A DNA stretch of 64,000 nt from an uncultured Candidatus Rokubacteria bacterium (GCA_963754315.1 CAVWFS010000008.1:544001-608000), one strand, 5' to 3'; shown: positions 52,812 to 63,360, numbered from the stretch's first letter. A program made the numbers and translations. The notes: generated by a model not told the origin, from the letters alone.

Positions 52812-54912
52812 ATGCCGCGTTACGCCCTCGGGATCGATATCGGCGGGACCTTTACCGATATCGTCGTCTATGACCATGAGAGCGGGTCTCAGATCAGCCG
52901 GAAGGTCCTGACGACGCACGACGACCCGTCCCGGGCTGTGGCGACGGGGGTGGCCGGCATCCTTGCCGACGGTCGTCTCGAGCCCGCGCACGTCGGGCGG
53001 GTCGTCCACGCCACCACTCTTTTCACCAACGCCCTCATCGAGCGCAAGGGGGCGGTGACCGGGCTCATCACCACGGCCGGCTTTGCGGACAGCCTGGAGA
53101 TCGGCCGCGAGCGAAAGTACGAGCTATACGACATCAACGTCGAGAAGCCGGCTCCGCTGGTTCCGCGTCAGCTGCGGTTGGAGGTCAAGGAGCGGACCCG
53201 CTCAGACGGGAGCGTGCGGGAACCCCTGGACCTCGCCGAGATGGCGGCCCGCGCCGAGGAGCTGCTGGGAGCGGGGGTGACGGCAGTCGCAATCGTCTTC
53301 CTCCACGCCTATGCCAATCCGGGAAACGAGGCGGCGGCGCGCGCGCCTCATCGGCGAGCGCTTTCCCCACCTTCATGTGACGGTCTCGCACGAGGTCGCG
53401 CCGGAGATTCGCGAGTACGAGCGCGCCTCGACCACCGTGGCCAACGCCTATATCAAGCCGCTTGCCCACCGCTACCTCGCGCTCATGGCGGAACGGCTGA
53501 CCGCGCAGAGGATCCCCGCACCCTTGCTGCTGATGCTCTCCAGCGGCGGGCTCACCCACGTGGCCGAAGCACAGCGCACACCTGTCCAGATGCTGGAGTC
53601 CGGTCCGGCAGCGGGGGCGCTTGCCGCCGCCTTCTTCGGCAGCCGCGATAGCGGCGGGAAGCTGGTGGCCTTCGATATGGGGGGCACGACCGCCAAGCTC
53701 AGCCTCGTCGACGGCGGTGAGCCGCTCACCGCCTACAGCTTCGAGGCCGCTCGTCAGCGGCGCTTCGTCGAGGGTAGTGGGATGCCCATTCGCATCTCCA
53801 CGATCGAGCTGATCGAGATCGGCGCGGGCGGGGGAAGCATTGCGCACGTCGACGAGATCGGCCTGCTGAAGGTGGGGCCGAACAGCGCGGGCTCCCTGCC
53901 AGGCCCGGCGTCCTACGGTCTGGGCGGCGTGCAGGCCACCGTCACCGACGCCGACTTCATCCTGGGCTATCTGAACCCCGACTACTTTGCGGGCGGAAGC
54001 ATGAAGATCGACCTGGAGGCGGCGCGCGTGGCTCTGGGACTGCTCGCCGAGCGCGTCGGCCTCTCGATGATGGAGGTGGCGTGGGGCATCCACGACATCG
54101 TCAACGAGAACATGGCGAGCGCCGCCCGGGTGCATATCGCCGAGCGCGGCCGTGACCCGCGCGACTACACCCTGCTCTGCACGGGCGGGGCGGGACCGGT
54201 GCACGCTCATTCGGTCGCCGAGAAAATCGGCGTGCGTCGCGTCGTCTGTCCGCCCTCGGCCGGCGTGGCGTCGGCGCTGGGGCTGCTGGTGGCGCCAGCC
54301 CGAGTCGATCGGGTCGCTACCATTGGCATCCGGCTCGACCGCGGAGACTTGGGGGAGCTGGAAGTAGCCTTCCGTCGGCTGGAAGACGAGGCGCGGGCAA
54401 TCCTGTCAGCCAGCGGGATTTCACTGGGTGCCGCAACCTTCCAGCGTCTGGCCGACGGCCGGTTCCTTGGCCAGGGCTTCGACCTGGTCGTGACCCTGCC
54501 GGCAGGGCCCTACGACGGCCCGGACCGCGAGGCAGTGCGGACCGTGCTCCGAGCCGCCTTCGAGGAGGCGTACCGCGAGAAGTTTGCTCTGACGCCCCCC
54601 AACGTACCCGTCGAGTTCATCAACGTCCGGGTGGCGGCTCGGGCTCCGGTGGCGGGCGGCACGATCGGTCTCGACGGCCAGGCCCTGAAGACGGGCGGCA
54701 GTGCCGTGAAGGGGCAGCGTCCAGCGTTCTTCCGGAGCGCGGGCGGATTCGTGGAGACGACGGTGTACGACCGATCACGGCTTGTCGTCGGGCAAGAGTT
54801 CGAGGGCCCTGCCGTGGTCGAGGAGGAGGGGTCGACCCTCGTGGTTGGTCCCGGTGCTCGTGCGTCTGTGGCACCCACAGGCAATCTTGTCGTGTCCTTG
54901 CCCGGCCGGTAG
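52812..54912 (+). CDS. Hydantoinase A / 5-oxoprolinase family protein, one frameshift near 53340
   Basis: GIDIGGTFTD, HATT..TNALIERKG; continues in the next frame with IREYERASTT..NAY, ESGPAAG, DMGGTT, GAGGGSI, GGAGP. Confidence 0.88.
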
Positions 54913-54987
54913 GCGTACCGTATCGGAGATTGGACATCGACACTCATGCGGGCCAGCGATAGGGTCGATCGGTCAGGAGAAGGCGAG

Positions 54988-55551
54988 ATGGCGGTGGAGC
55001 TGAAGCGCCGCCGCTTCACCATCGAGGAATACCAGCGCATGGGCGAGGCGGCCATCCTCGATGAGGACGAGCGCGTCGAGCTCATCGAGGGCGAGATCGT
55101 CGAGATGACACCGATCGGGCCTCCCCACGCCAGTGTGGTGGCCCGTTTGGTCGCGCTGTTCACGGCGCGGCTGGGTGATCGGGTTATCGCCTGGCCGCAG
55201 AATCCACTGGTGCTGCGACGACAGACATCGCAGTTCCAGCCCGACCTTGCGCTCCTGCGTCCCCGGCCGGACTTCTATGCTCGGCGCCATCCGGAGCCGG
55301 CCGATGCGGTTCTGGTCATCGAGGTGATGGACTCCTCGGTGGCCAGAGACCGGCGCATCAAGCTGCCGATCTACGCCCGGGGGAGAGTCGGCGAAGTATG
55401 GCTCGTGCACGCCGAAGCGGCCACCGTCGAAGTCTGCCGCCATCCCCACGGATCCGACTACCGCGATCGGCGCGTCCTGGATCGTGACGGATCGCTGGCG
55501 CCCCTCGCGTTTCCTGAACTCAGGCTCACGGTCCGGGATCTCGTCGGCTAA
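54988..55551 (+). CDS. Uma2 family (DUF820) endonuclease
   Basis: RRFTIEEY.RM.EA.IL.EDERVELIEGEI, QPDL, LVIEV.DSS...DR.IKL.IYA. Confidence 0.9.
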   Translation: MAVELKRRRFTIEEYQRMGEAAILDEDERVELIEGEIVEMTPIGPPHASVVARLVALFTARLGDRVIAWPQNPLVLRRQTSQFQPDLALLRPRPDFYARRHPEPADAVLVIEVMDSSVARDRRIKLPIYARGRVGEVWLVHAEAATVEVCRHPHGSDYRDRRVLDRDGSLAPLAFPELRLTVRDLVG

Positions 55552-55552
55552 G

Positions 55553-56740
55553 CTAACCGGCCAACGCGTTGAGCATCACCCCGAGGCCCACGCGGAGCCC
55601 CACCGCGAGACCCTCCTCGTTCATCTCGAACTCCGGCGCGTGATGCGGGGCGGGGCGGCCATGGGTGGGCGCGATGCCCACCCGGAAGTAGCAACCGGGC
55701 CGCTCGCGCAGGAACAGACACATGTCATCGCTCGCCATCACCGGGCGCCCGGGGCCGACTGCGCTGTCCCCGAGCTCGGCAGTCGCGCAGCCGTGAACGA
55801 AGGCCGTCTGGGCCTCGTGGTTGACCACGGCCGGGCAATGCATGTCACTGAGGTGCAGGGTTGCCTCGGCTCGATAGGCGTGCGCGACGTCAGCCGCGAA
55901 GGCACGAAGACGGGTAAGGATGTGGGTGCGCGCACCCTCGTCGAACGCGCGCAGGGTCCCGCGCATCACGGCGCTGACGGGGATGATGTTGTTCTTCGTT
56001 CCGGCTGTGATCTGCCCGACCGTGAGCACGACCGTTTCCTGAGCGGCAACCTCCTTGGCGACCAGATGTTGCATGCCGATGAGGATGTGCGCGGCCGCCG
56101 TCACGGGATCGACCGACAGGTGCGGATACGCGCCGTGGCCTCCGCGTCCCCGCACCTCGATCTCGAAGGCGTCGGCGGATGCCATGGTGGGCCCGGAGCG
56201 GACCATGGCGAAGCCCACCGGATTCTGGGTTGAGAGGTGCAGGCCGTAGATTTCCTCCACGCGAGGTTGTTCGAGCACTCCAGCTTCGATCATCGGGCTG
56301 GCGCCGCCCAGGACCTCCTCGGCGGGCTGGAAGATGAACACGGCCGTGCCGGAAAGCTCGGCTCGCCGTGCCGCCATCATCTCGGCCATGGTGATGCCGA
56401 TGGCCGTATGCCCATCATGTCCACACGCGTGCATGACCCCTTGGGTGCCCGACGTGAAGGGCGCGTCCAGGACCTCCGTGAGGGGGAGGGCATCGATGTC
56501 TGCGCGCCAGGCGATGGTGCGCCCAGGCCGGTCGCCGTGCAGGATGCCGACCACGCCCGTGCGGGCAATGCCGGTGCGCACCTCGAGCTTGGCAGCGTGC
56601 AGCCGCTCGGCGATGATCTCGGCCGTGCGCCGTTCCTCGAACGACAGCTCCGGATGACGATGAAAATCGCGGCGCAGTGCCACCAGCGACTCGATCCGCC
56701 GATCGATGTCCTGACTCCACGACGCATCGGTTTTGCGCAT
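55553..56740 (-). CDS. M20 family amidohydrolase
   Basis: RRDFHRHPELSFEE, RADIDALP, MHACGHDGH, FQPAEE, GRGGHGA.PH, PHHAPEF. Confidence 0.93.
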   Translation of the reverse strand: MRKTDASWSQDIDRRIESLVALRRDFHRHPELSFEERRTAEIIAERLHAAKLEVRTGIARTGVVGILHGDRPGRTIAWRADIDALPLTEVLDAPFTSGTQGVMHACGHDGHTAIGITMAEMMAARRAELSGTAVFIFQPAEEVLGGASPMIEAGVLEQPRVEEIYGLHLSTQNPVGFAMVRSGPTMASADAFEIEVRGRGGHGAYPHLSVDPVTAAAHILIGMQHLVAKEVAAQETVVLTVGQITAGTKNNIIPVSAVMRGTLRAFDEGARTHILTRLRAFAADVAHAYRAEATLHLSDMHCPAVVNHEAQTAFVHGCATAELGDSAVGPGRPVMASDDMCLFLRERPGCYFRVGIAPTHGRPAPHHAPEFEMNEEGLAVGLRVGLGVMLNALAG

Positions 56741-56769
56741 GGATCTCTCCTCGTGACTCGAATCCGCTC

Positions 56770-57552
56770 TCATCTGGCGGGGCTGGCGACGGTCACGCCG
56801 CCGTCCACGGGCAGCACCACGCCGGTAATGTAGCGCGCCTCGTCGGAAGCCAGGAAAAGCGCGGCATAGCCGATGTCCCAGCCCGTCCCTTCAATTCCGA
56901 GCGGCGAGGCTTGGCGTCGTCGCTGGCGTAGATCATCGCTCATCCCGCCGGCGTACACCATCGGGGTATAGACAGGGCCCGGCGCGATGCAGTTCACCCG
57001 GATTCCCTGGGCGGCGTGGTCGATGGCCATGGCCCGCGTGAGGGCGATGACTGCCCCCTTGGAGGTGGAGTAGGCAGTCAGCCCGCGAGGGCGCAGCGCC
57101 GAGATGGAGGAGATGTTGATGATGGCTCCGCCTCCGGTGCGAATCATGGCGGGAATGGCGTGCTTGCTGGTGAGCATCATGCTGGTGACGTTCACCTTCA
57201 TGATCTGCTCCCACTGTGTCTCGTCCATCTCCACCACGCTGCCGCGCCCGCCGATGCCGACGTTGTTGTCGAGGATGTCTAACCGCCCCCAGCGGCGGAG
57301 GGCATCGTCGACGAGCGCACGACATTCATCACCGCGCGTCACGTCGGCCACGAAGACGGCCGCCTCGCCACCCTCGGCCGCGATCATCGCCTCGGTGGCG
57401 GCGGCCGCCTCGCGCTGCTCATCGACGAGCAGGACCTTTGCGCCTTCGCGCGCGAACAGGATGGCGGCCGCGCGGCCGTTGCCGATGCCTTCGTTGCGCG
57501 ATCCTGCTCCCGTGACGATGGCCACCTTGCCGGCCAGCCGCGGTCCTGCCAT
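56770..57552 (-). CDS. Short-chain dehydrogenase/reductase
   Basis: TGAGS...IGNG, NNVG, YSTSK, GIRVNCIAPG. Confidence 0.92.
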   Translation of the reverse strand: MAGPRLAGKVAIVTGAGSRNEGIGNGRAAAILFAREGAKVLLVDEQREAAAATEAMIAAEGGEAAVFVADVTRGDECRALVDDALRRWGRLDILDNNVGIGGRGSVVEMDETQWEQIMKVNVTSMMLTSKHAIPAMIRTGGGAIINISSISALRPRGLTAYSTSKGAVIALTRAMAIDHAAQGIRVNCIAPGPVYTPMVYAGGMSDDLRQRRRQASPLGIEGTGWDIGYAALFLASDEARYITGVVLPVDGGVTVASPAR

Positions 57553-57571
57553 GGATGGTTCTCCTATTGTG

Positions 57572-57666
57572 TTGGGGGGCCTCGAAAGGGCCCCCCAAGC
57601 CCCCCACACATTCGGGGCGCCCCGGGGGACCCGTGACGCCCTCTGGATCACGCCGCTTCGGGGCCT
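57572..57666. repeat. REP-like element (inverted relative to 51618-51690)
   Basis: TTGGGGGGCC-TCGAAAG-GGCCCCCCAA hairpin plus CCGTGACGCCCTCTGGATCACGCC, the reverse complement of the spacer at ~51646-51670. Confidence 0.72.
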
Positions 57667-57757
57667 GACTCCCGGACATCGCTCCGCGCTTCGGCCTCAT
57701 GCTAGCGCATTCGGGCGGCTTGACGGGGGTGCGGTGGGCTGGGTATAGGATGCGGCC

Positions 57758-58672
57758 ATGGAGATTCGACGGCCGACCGATCGTGTGGACTATGTACCCA
57801 TCACCGAGCGGCGGCCACTCCCGCTTCCCGATGGAGGGCGCATCGTCGTCTGGCCATGCGTCAATGTGGAGCACTGGGTCATCGATGAGCCGATGCCGCG
57901 GACCATCGTGAACCCCCCTGGGGGCGTGGCCCGGAGCGTACCCGACATCCCCAACTGGGCCTGGCACGAGTACGGTCAGCGGGTCGGGTTCTGGCGGCTG
58001 AAGGCCATCTTCGACGACTTCGGTGTGGCAGGATCGCTGGTCATGAACGCGTCCGTGTGCGATGCCTACCCTCAGATCGTGGACGCGTGCCTGGCCTCGG
58101 GCTGGGACGTCGTCGGCCATGGCTACATCCAGAAGGCGCTGCCGGCCATTGCGGATCAGCGCGAAATGATCCAGCGAACTCACCAACGAATCCGTGACTA
58201 CACGGGAAAGCCGCCACGCGGGTGGCTGAGTCCCGCGCTGGCGGAGACGCACGACACGGTCGACTGGCTCCATGAGGCTGGGTTCGAGTACGTGGCGGAC
58301 TGGGTGCTCGATGATCAACCACTGGATCTTCGCACCCGGCACGGCCGCCTGGTCAGCCTGCCCTACACTCAGGAGTTGAACGATCTATCCATGATCCTCA
58401 TCCAGGGTCACCGAGCCAGCGAGTACGCCGATCGCACCATCGACCAGTTCGAGCAGCTCCTCTCGGAATCCGAAGAGGCCACACGCGTGATGTGCTTCAC
58501 CCTGCACCCCTACATCATGGGCGCTCCCCACCGGGCCAAGCATGTGCGGCGGATCTTTCAGCACATCGGACACCGACGCGAGGTGAAGATCTGGACGGGC
58601 GAGCGGATCCTGGACTGGTACCTGGCCTGTCGCGACGCCGACGCGGACTCCCAGTCGCGGAAGTCGACATGA
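57758..58672 (+). CDS. Polysaccharide deacetylase family protein (PuuE/allantoinase-like)
   Basis: NWAWHEYG.RVGFWRL, GHGY, PRGWLSP.L.ET, DDQP, LPY..ELND, LHPYI.G.PHR. Confidence 0.85.
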   Translation: MEIRRPTDRVDYVPITERRPLPLPDGGRIVVWPCVNVEHWVIDEPMPRTIVNPPGGVARSVPDIPNWAWHEYGQRVGFWRLKAIFDDFGVAGSLVMNASVCDAYPQIVDACLASGWDVVGHGYIQKALPAIADQREMIQRTHQRIRDYTGKPPRGWLSPALAETHDTVDWLHEAGFEYVADWVLDDQPLDLRTRHGRLVSLPYTQELNDLSMILIQGHRASEYADRTIDQFEQLLSESEEATRVMCFTLHPYIMGAPHRAKHVRRIFQHIGHRREVKIWTGERILDWYLACRDADADSQSRKST

Positions 58673-60285
58673 CAGGCTTCGATGCGGTGACGCTCGAAGT
58701 GCTGTGGACCCGCCTCATCTCGGTGGTGGACGAGGCCGCCAAGGCCATCGTGCGCACGTCGTTCTCGACCCTCTCCAACGAGGCCAACGATTTTGCCTGC
58801 GTGCTGACGGACGCGCGTGGCTTTGCGCTGGCTCAGAACACGGGGAGCATTCCCTCCTTCATCGGGACACTCCCCGCCACCGTGCGCCACTTCCTGCGCG
58901 AGATGGGGGTGGGGCAACTGCGACCGGGTGACGTCCTCATCACGAACAACCCGTGGATGGGCACCGGGCATCTGAGCGATGTGTGTCTGGTGAAGCCAAT
59001 CTTCCATGGCAACCGTTTGGTGGCGTTCTCGGCCACCACCTCTCACATGCCGGACATCGGCGGCCGCATCCGGGCCATCGAGGCCCGTGAGGTCTTCGAG
59101 GAGGGAGTGCACATCCCTCTCACGAAGTTCCTTCGTGAGGGGCAGCCGGACGACACCCTGATCCAGCTCCTCCGCGCCAATGTCCGCACACCAGACCAGA
59201 CCCTCGGCGACATCTGGGCCCAGGTGAGTGCCAACCAGCTGATGGACCGGCGGGTGGGGCAGCTGCTCGACGAGTACCGGCTCGAGAGCGTGGCCGACCT
59301 TGCCGACGAGCTCTTCACGCGGTGCGAGCGGGCCATGCGTGATGCCATCAAGAGGGTGCCCGACGGCACCTACCGCTTCGCCATGGATACCGACGGCGTG
59401 GATGAGCCTTACCACTTCGAGGTCGCCCTCACCGTGGCCGGTGACGAGATCGTGGCCGACTATGGGGGGACGTCCCCACAGCAGCCACGTGCCATCAACT
59501 GTGTGCTCGCCTATACGTACGCCATGACCGCCTACGCCGTGCGGTGCGCCCTGCTCCCCACCCTGCCCAACAACGAGGGAATGTATCGCCCGGTGACCGT
59601 GCGGGCCCCCGAGGGCTGCCTCCTCAACCCGCGCTTCCCCGCCGCCGTGGTGAGTCGCTCGAATACGGGCCACTACGTCCCGGTGCTCGTCTTCGGCGCC
59701 CTTCACCAGGTCGTACCGGAGCGCGTGATGGCGGGTGTCGGTTCGCCCTTGTGGGCCGTCACGCAATCCGGGGTGCGCGCGGACGGCGCGACCTACACGA
59801 ACGTCCTCTTCTTCAACGGCGGAATGGGCGCCACCGCGAACAAGGACGGGGAGAGCGTCCTGTCGTGGCCGAGCAACATCTCGTCGACGCCGGTGGAGGT
59901 TGCAGAGCGGAACAGTCCTCTGTTCTTTCACTACAAGCGCCTGCGTCCGGGATCGGGCGGCCAGGGCCGCTTTCGCGGCGGGCTCGGTCAGGACATGCTC
60001 ATGGAGAGCGAGTCCGCGTCGCCCATTGCCATGGTCTTCATGGCCGAGCGCACCACGTTCGGCGCCCCCGGCTTCGCGGGTGGGGTCGAGGGCGGGCGGG
60101 GTGACGTGCGGATCAACGGCAAGTCGATCAACCACCGTCGGCAGCACATCCTCAAGCTCGGTGATACGGTGCTCGTGCGCACACCAGGGGGCGGCGGCTA
60201 CGGCCCGGCCCGCGCGCGCGATCCCAAGCTCGCCCGGCGCGACCGCGCGCTCGGGTACGTGCGAGGGCGCGGTCGCCGCGGCTGA
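58669..60285 (+). CDS. Hydantoinase B / 5-oxoprolinase family protein
   Basis: D.VTLEVLW.RL, RTSFS, NNPW.GTGHL.D, H.PDIGG, GGMGA...DG, GSGG.GRFRGG.G, TPGGGGYG. Confidence 0.92.
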   Translation: MTGFDAVTLEVLWTRLISVVDEAAKAIVRTSFSTLSNEANDFACVLTDARGFALAQNTGSIPSFIGTLPATVRHFLREMGVGQLRPGDVLITNNPWMGTGHLSDVCLVKPIFHGNRLVAFSATTSHMPDIGGRIRAIEAREVFEEGVHIPLTKFLREGQPDDTLIQLLRANVRTPDQTLGDIWAQVSANQLMDRRVGQLLDEYRLESVADLADELFTRCERAMRDAIKRVPDGTYRFAMDTDGVDEPYHFEVALTVAGDEIVADYGGTSPQQPRAINCVLAYTYAMTAYAVRCALLPTLPNNEGMYRPVTVRAPEGCLLNPRFPAAVVSRSNTGHYVPVLVFGALHQVVPERVMAGVGSPLWAVTQSGVRADGATYTNVLFFNGGMGATANKDGESVLSWPSNISSTPVEVAERNSPLFFHYKRLRPGSGGQGRFRGGLGQDMLMESESASPIAMVFMAERTTFGAPGFAGGVEGGRGDVRINGKSINHRRQHILKLGDTVLVRTPGGGGYGPARARDPKLARRDRALGYVRGRGRRG

Positions 60286-60300
60286 GACGAGATCCGGTCG

Positions 60301-60693
60301 CTACAGCCGGTCGGCCTGCTCGACGATCTTCCAGTAGGTATCCTTGTGGAGAATCTTGTCTCCCCGGAACTCGTAGATGTCGCACCCTCGGTAGTTGAGC
60401 CGCTCACCGTCCTGGCCGGCGCCGGTGACCGTCCACACGCTGACCGCGCGCTGGCCGGCGATGAAGACGTCGACGTGGTCCCAGCGCATGTCGGGGATGA
60501 CCTTGAAGCGCGCGGCCAGGACCCGGCGGATCGCATCCTTGCCATGCACGCGGCGACCACACGGCTCGGGGCCACGCGCCATCATGAAGGTGGCGTCGTC
60601 GGCGAAGAACGCCATGATGCGATCGACGTCCCGCGCGTTGAAGGCCGCATTGATATCTTTCATGAGGCTCGGGGTAGGACCGTCGGTACTCAT
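60301..60693 (-). CDS. SnoaL/NTF2-like protein (TauX-like)
   Basis: AFNARDVD..MAFFADDA.F...GPEPCG, GCDIYEFR..KI..KDTYWK. Confidence 0.8.
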   Translation of the reverse strand: MSTDGPTPSLMKDINAAFNARDVDRIMAFFADDATFMMARGPEPCGRRVHGKDAIRRVLAARFKVIPDMRWDHVDVFIAGQRAVSVWTVTGAGQDGERLNYRGCDIYEFRGDKILHKDTYWKIVEQADRL

Positions 60694-61916
60694 CGGCGTG
60701 CCGCCTCCTTGGCTGCCATCTTCTGCTTGAGCTCCTCGGGAGTCAGGCGCACGATGTCCTCGTTCTGGTGTGAGTAGACCTTGTAGCCTGCTGTGTCGAG
60801 GTCCTCCAGCTGGAGCCGACCCGTCAGGACGGCCTCCTTCCACTGCTGCTGCTCGCTCTCGCGAGCGTGGAACTCCGGCATCACCTCGCGCGCGAAAAGC
60901 TCCAGGCTCGCGCAAATGTCCTCGTGGGTGGCCATCCCCGCCTGGTTGAGCAGGATGACCTGGTCGACGTGGGCAGCTTCGAACTGACGCAAGGTCGCGC
61001 GGATGGTCGCCGGCGAGCCGATGAGGCCGCTGGCGAGGGCCTTCTGTGCCTGCTCGGTCTGTCGCCACTCCTGGTACAGCCGCCACATGTCGCCCTGGCC
61101 GGGGGCCGCGATACCGTGCTTGCCGTAATGGCTCAGGCAGAACACGAAGAACGTCCAGCCGGAGGCCTTGGCCCGGGCCTCCTCGTCGGTCTCGGCGCAC
61201 ATGAAGCCGCTCACCATGGCGATGTTGGGATTGGTCGGATACTCGGTGAGCTTGTTCAGGTGGCGAGTGATGTTGATGTAGTACTGGTGCACCCAGGCCT
61301 GGGCGGCGTCGGGCGACACGAACTGAAATCCGAGCGCGCCCATCCCCCACGTCCCGGCGCTGGCGATGGTCTGGATGTTCGAGCAGGCTACCCAGAGCGG
61401 CGGATGGGGCTTCTGAAACGGCTTGGGAATCACGTTGCGCGCCGGGAAGTCGAAGTGCGTCCCGTGCCACTCCCAGGACGTGCGCGTGAAGGCGGGCACG
61501 AGGGCCCTGACCGCCTCCTCCCATACGTCCCGCTTGGCCCGCACGCGGGCGCCGAAAGGATGAAGCTCAACCGGTCCCTGGCCTTCACCGAGTCCTAGCT
61601 CGACTCGTCCCCCGCTCAGGAGGTCGAGGGTGGCGACACGCTCGGCCACCCGGATCGGATGGTTGGTGGGGAGCTGAATGATGCCGTGGCCGAGCCGGAT
61701 ACGGCGAGTGCGTTGACTGGCGGCGCCGAGAAAGACCTCGGGCGCGGAGGAGTGCGAGTATTCCTCCAGGAAATGATGCTCGACCTCCCACGCGTAGTCG
61801 TAGCCGAGACGGTCGGCCAGCTCGATCTGGGTGAGCGAATTCTGCAGGAGCTCGTACTCGCTCCGTTCCGTCCACGGACGCGGGAGTTGATGCTCGTAGA
61901 AGATCCCGAATTTCAT
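60690..61916 (-). CDS. LLM class flavin-dependent oxidoreductase
   Basis: MKFGIFYEHQLPRPW, WEVEHHFLEEYSHSSAPE, TLDLLSGGRVE.G.GE, PKP.QKPHPPLW. Confidence 0.92.
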   Translation of the reverse strand: MKFGIFYEHQLPRPWTERSEYELLQNSLTQIELADRLGYDYAWEVEHHFLEEYSHSSAPEVFLGAASQRTRRIRLGHGIIQLPTNHPIRVAERVATLDLLSGGRVELGLGEGQGPVELHPFGARVRAKRDVWEEAVRALVPAFTRTSWEWHGTHFDFPARNVIPKPFQKPHPPLWVACSNIQTIASAGTWGMGALGFQFVSPDAAQAWVHQYYINITRHLNKLTEYPTNPNIAMVSGFMCAETDEEARAKASGWTFFVFCLSHYGKHGIAAPGQGDMWRLYQEWRQTEQAQKALASGLIGSPATIRATLRQFEAAHVDQVILLNQAGMATHEDICASLELFAREVMPEFHARESEQQQWKEAVLTGRLQLEDLDTAGYKVYSHQNEDIVRLTPEELKQKMAAKEAARR

Positions 61917-62001
61917 GCTCTCCTCAGTCGCCGCCGGCGCGCGCGGTAGAGCTACCGTAGACCAAGCGCGCGCGAAGAGGCAAGCAGGTATGCTGGAGGG
62001 G

Positions 62002-62958
62002 ATGCCGGTCAACGGGGACACCAGGCTCGGGCGACAGCTGGTGCTCGACGAGCTGTTCGATCTCTCGCTCTACCGCTGCCTCCGCGACATCGCCACCGGC
62101 AATCTGCGAACCGTCCTCGACCAGTTCATCACTGTGGAGAGTCGTCACCTCGCCTTCTGGCAAGGCTTCTTCGGTCTTCAGCTCACCACCCTTGACCTCG
62201 GCCGCCGGGTGAAGCTCGCGGTGATCCTTGGCCTGTGCCGGGTCCTGGGCGCGCCCGCCATCCAACTCGTCCTGGAGGCCATCGAGGTCTATGGGGTGAG
62301 GAAGTACCTCACCTTGTGGAACGCGCACGGCGCCGGCCCCTTGGGTTCGGCGGTGCGTGAGGTGCTCGAGGACGAGTTCAAGCACGAAGACGTCTTGGCG
62401 ACCGGCGAGGCGGCGCGCCGCATCAGCCCCGATCGGATCCGGAACATCTTCCTCGGCCTCAACGATGGTCTGGTGGAGATCCTGGGCGCGGTGAGCGGGT
62501 TCTTCGGCGCCTTCGGAAACGCGGCCACGGTTCTGGTGGCGGGGGCGACGGTGGCCGTGGCGGGGGCGCTGTCGATGGCGGCCGGCGCGTACGTCGCGAC
62601 CAGCTCGGAAGCGGAAGTCCGTGCCACCGAGAACGAGCGGCGCCGGTTCCTGGGAGAGCGCGTCTCGGAATCGGCAGAGGCACAATCGCCCGTGCGCGGC
62701 GGCATGATCGTAGGGATCAGCTACATGGCCGGAGCCGTCGTACCGTTGCTGCCCGTTCTGTTCGGGGCAAGCAATGCGCTGCCCTCGGTGCTGGTTGCGG
62801 GAGCCATGATCGTCATCGTGTCCATGCTGCTGGCCTTTCTGTCTGGCATGAACGTCAGGCGCCGCGTCCTGACGAACCTGATCATCATCGCGGCCGCCGT
62901 CGGCATCACCTACCTCATCGGACGAATGGTGAACGCTGTCTGGGGGATCTCTATCTAG
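62002..62958 (+). CDS. VIT1/CCC1 family transporter with N-terminal ferritin-like domain
   Basis: Two ExxH motifs (ESRH, EFKH), then LGLNDGLVE.LG and AGALSMAAGAY with hydrophobic helices; SD GGAGG. Confidence 0.85.
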   Translation: MPVNGDTRLGRQLVLDELFDLSLYRCLRDIATGNLRTVLDQFITVESRHLAFWQGFFGLQLTTLDLGRRVKLAVILGLCRVLGAPAIQLVLEAIEVYGVRKYLTLWNAHGAGPLGSAVREVLEDEFKHEDVLATGEAARRISPDRIRNIFLGLNDGLVEILGAVSGFFGAFGNAATVLVAGATVAVAGALSMAAGAYVATSSEAEVRATENERRRFLGERVSESAEAQSPVRGGMIVGISYMAGAVVPLLPVLFGASNALPSVLVAGAMIVIVSMLLAFLSGMNVRRRVLTNLIIIAAAVGITYLIGRMVNAVWGISI

Positions 62959-62970
62959 GAGGAAAGATCA

Positions 62971-63360
62971 ATGACGACTGCGACTGTCAACGACGTCTCG
63001 GTGGCGTTCCTGGAAGCCTTCGCCGAGGGCTGGAACCGGCACGACGTCGATATCCTGATGACCTTCATGGCTGATGACTGCGCCTTCGAGACGACGGCGG
63101 GTCCCGAGGTGTGCGGCAAGCGTTATGAGGGGCGCGAGGCGGTGCGGCGAGCCTTTGCCAAGGTGTTTGCCCTGTTTCCGGATGCGCACTTTGGGCACGC
63201 CCGCCACTTCGTGACGGGTGATCGTGGCTGCTCCGAGTGGACATTCACCGGCACCGCAGGGGACGGCAAACGCCTGGAGGTCCTGGGCTGCGACCTTTTC
63301 ACGTTCCGGGACGGGAAGATCGCCCTCAAGTCGTCCTACTTCAAGAATCGCCTCGCTTAG
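62971..63360 (+). CDS. SnoaL/NTF2-like protein (TauX-like)
   Basis: WNRHDVD.LM.FMADDC.FET.AGPEVCG.RYEG, GDRG.SEWTF.GT, GCDLFTFRDGKI..K.SY.K. Confidence 0.85.
   Translation: MTTATVNDVSVAFLEAFAEGWNRHDVDILMTFMADDCAFETTAGPEVCGKRYEGREAVRRAFAKVFALFPDAHFGHARHFVTGDRGCSEWTFTGTAGDGKRLEVLGCDLFTFRDGKIALKSSYFKNRLA

Noticed and set aside
53330..53350. Programmed frameshift in hydantoinase A
   Set aside because: It falls in a GC-dinucleotide run with no slippery heptamer; a simple indel or read error is more likely
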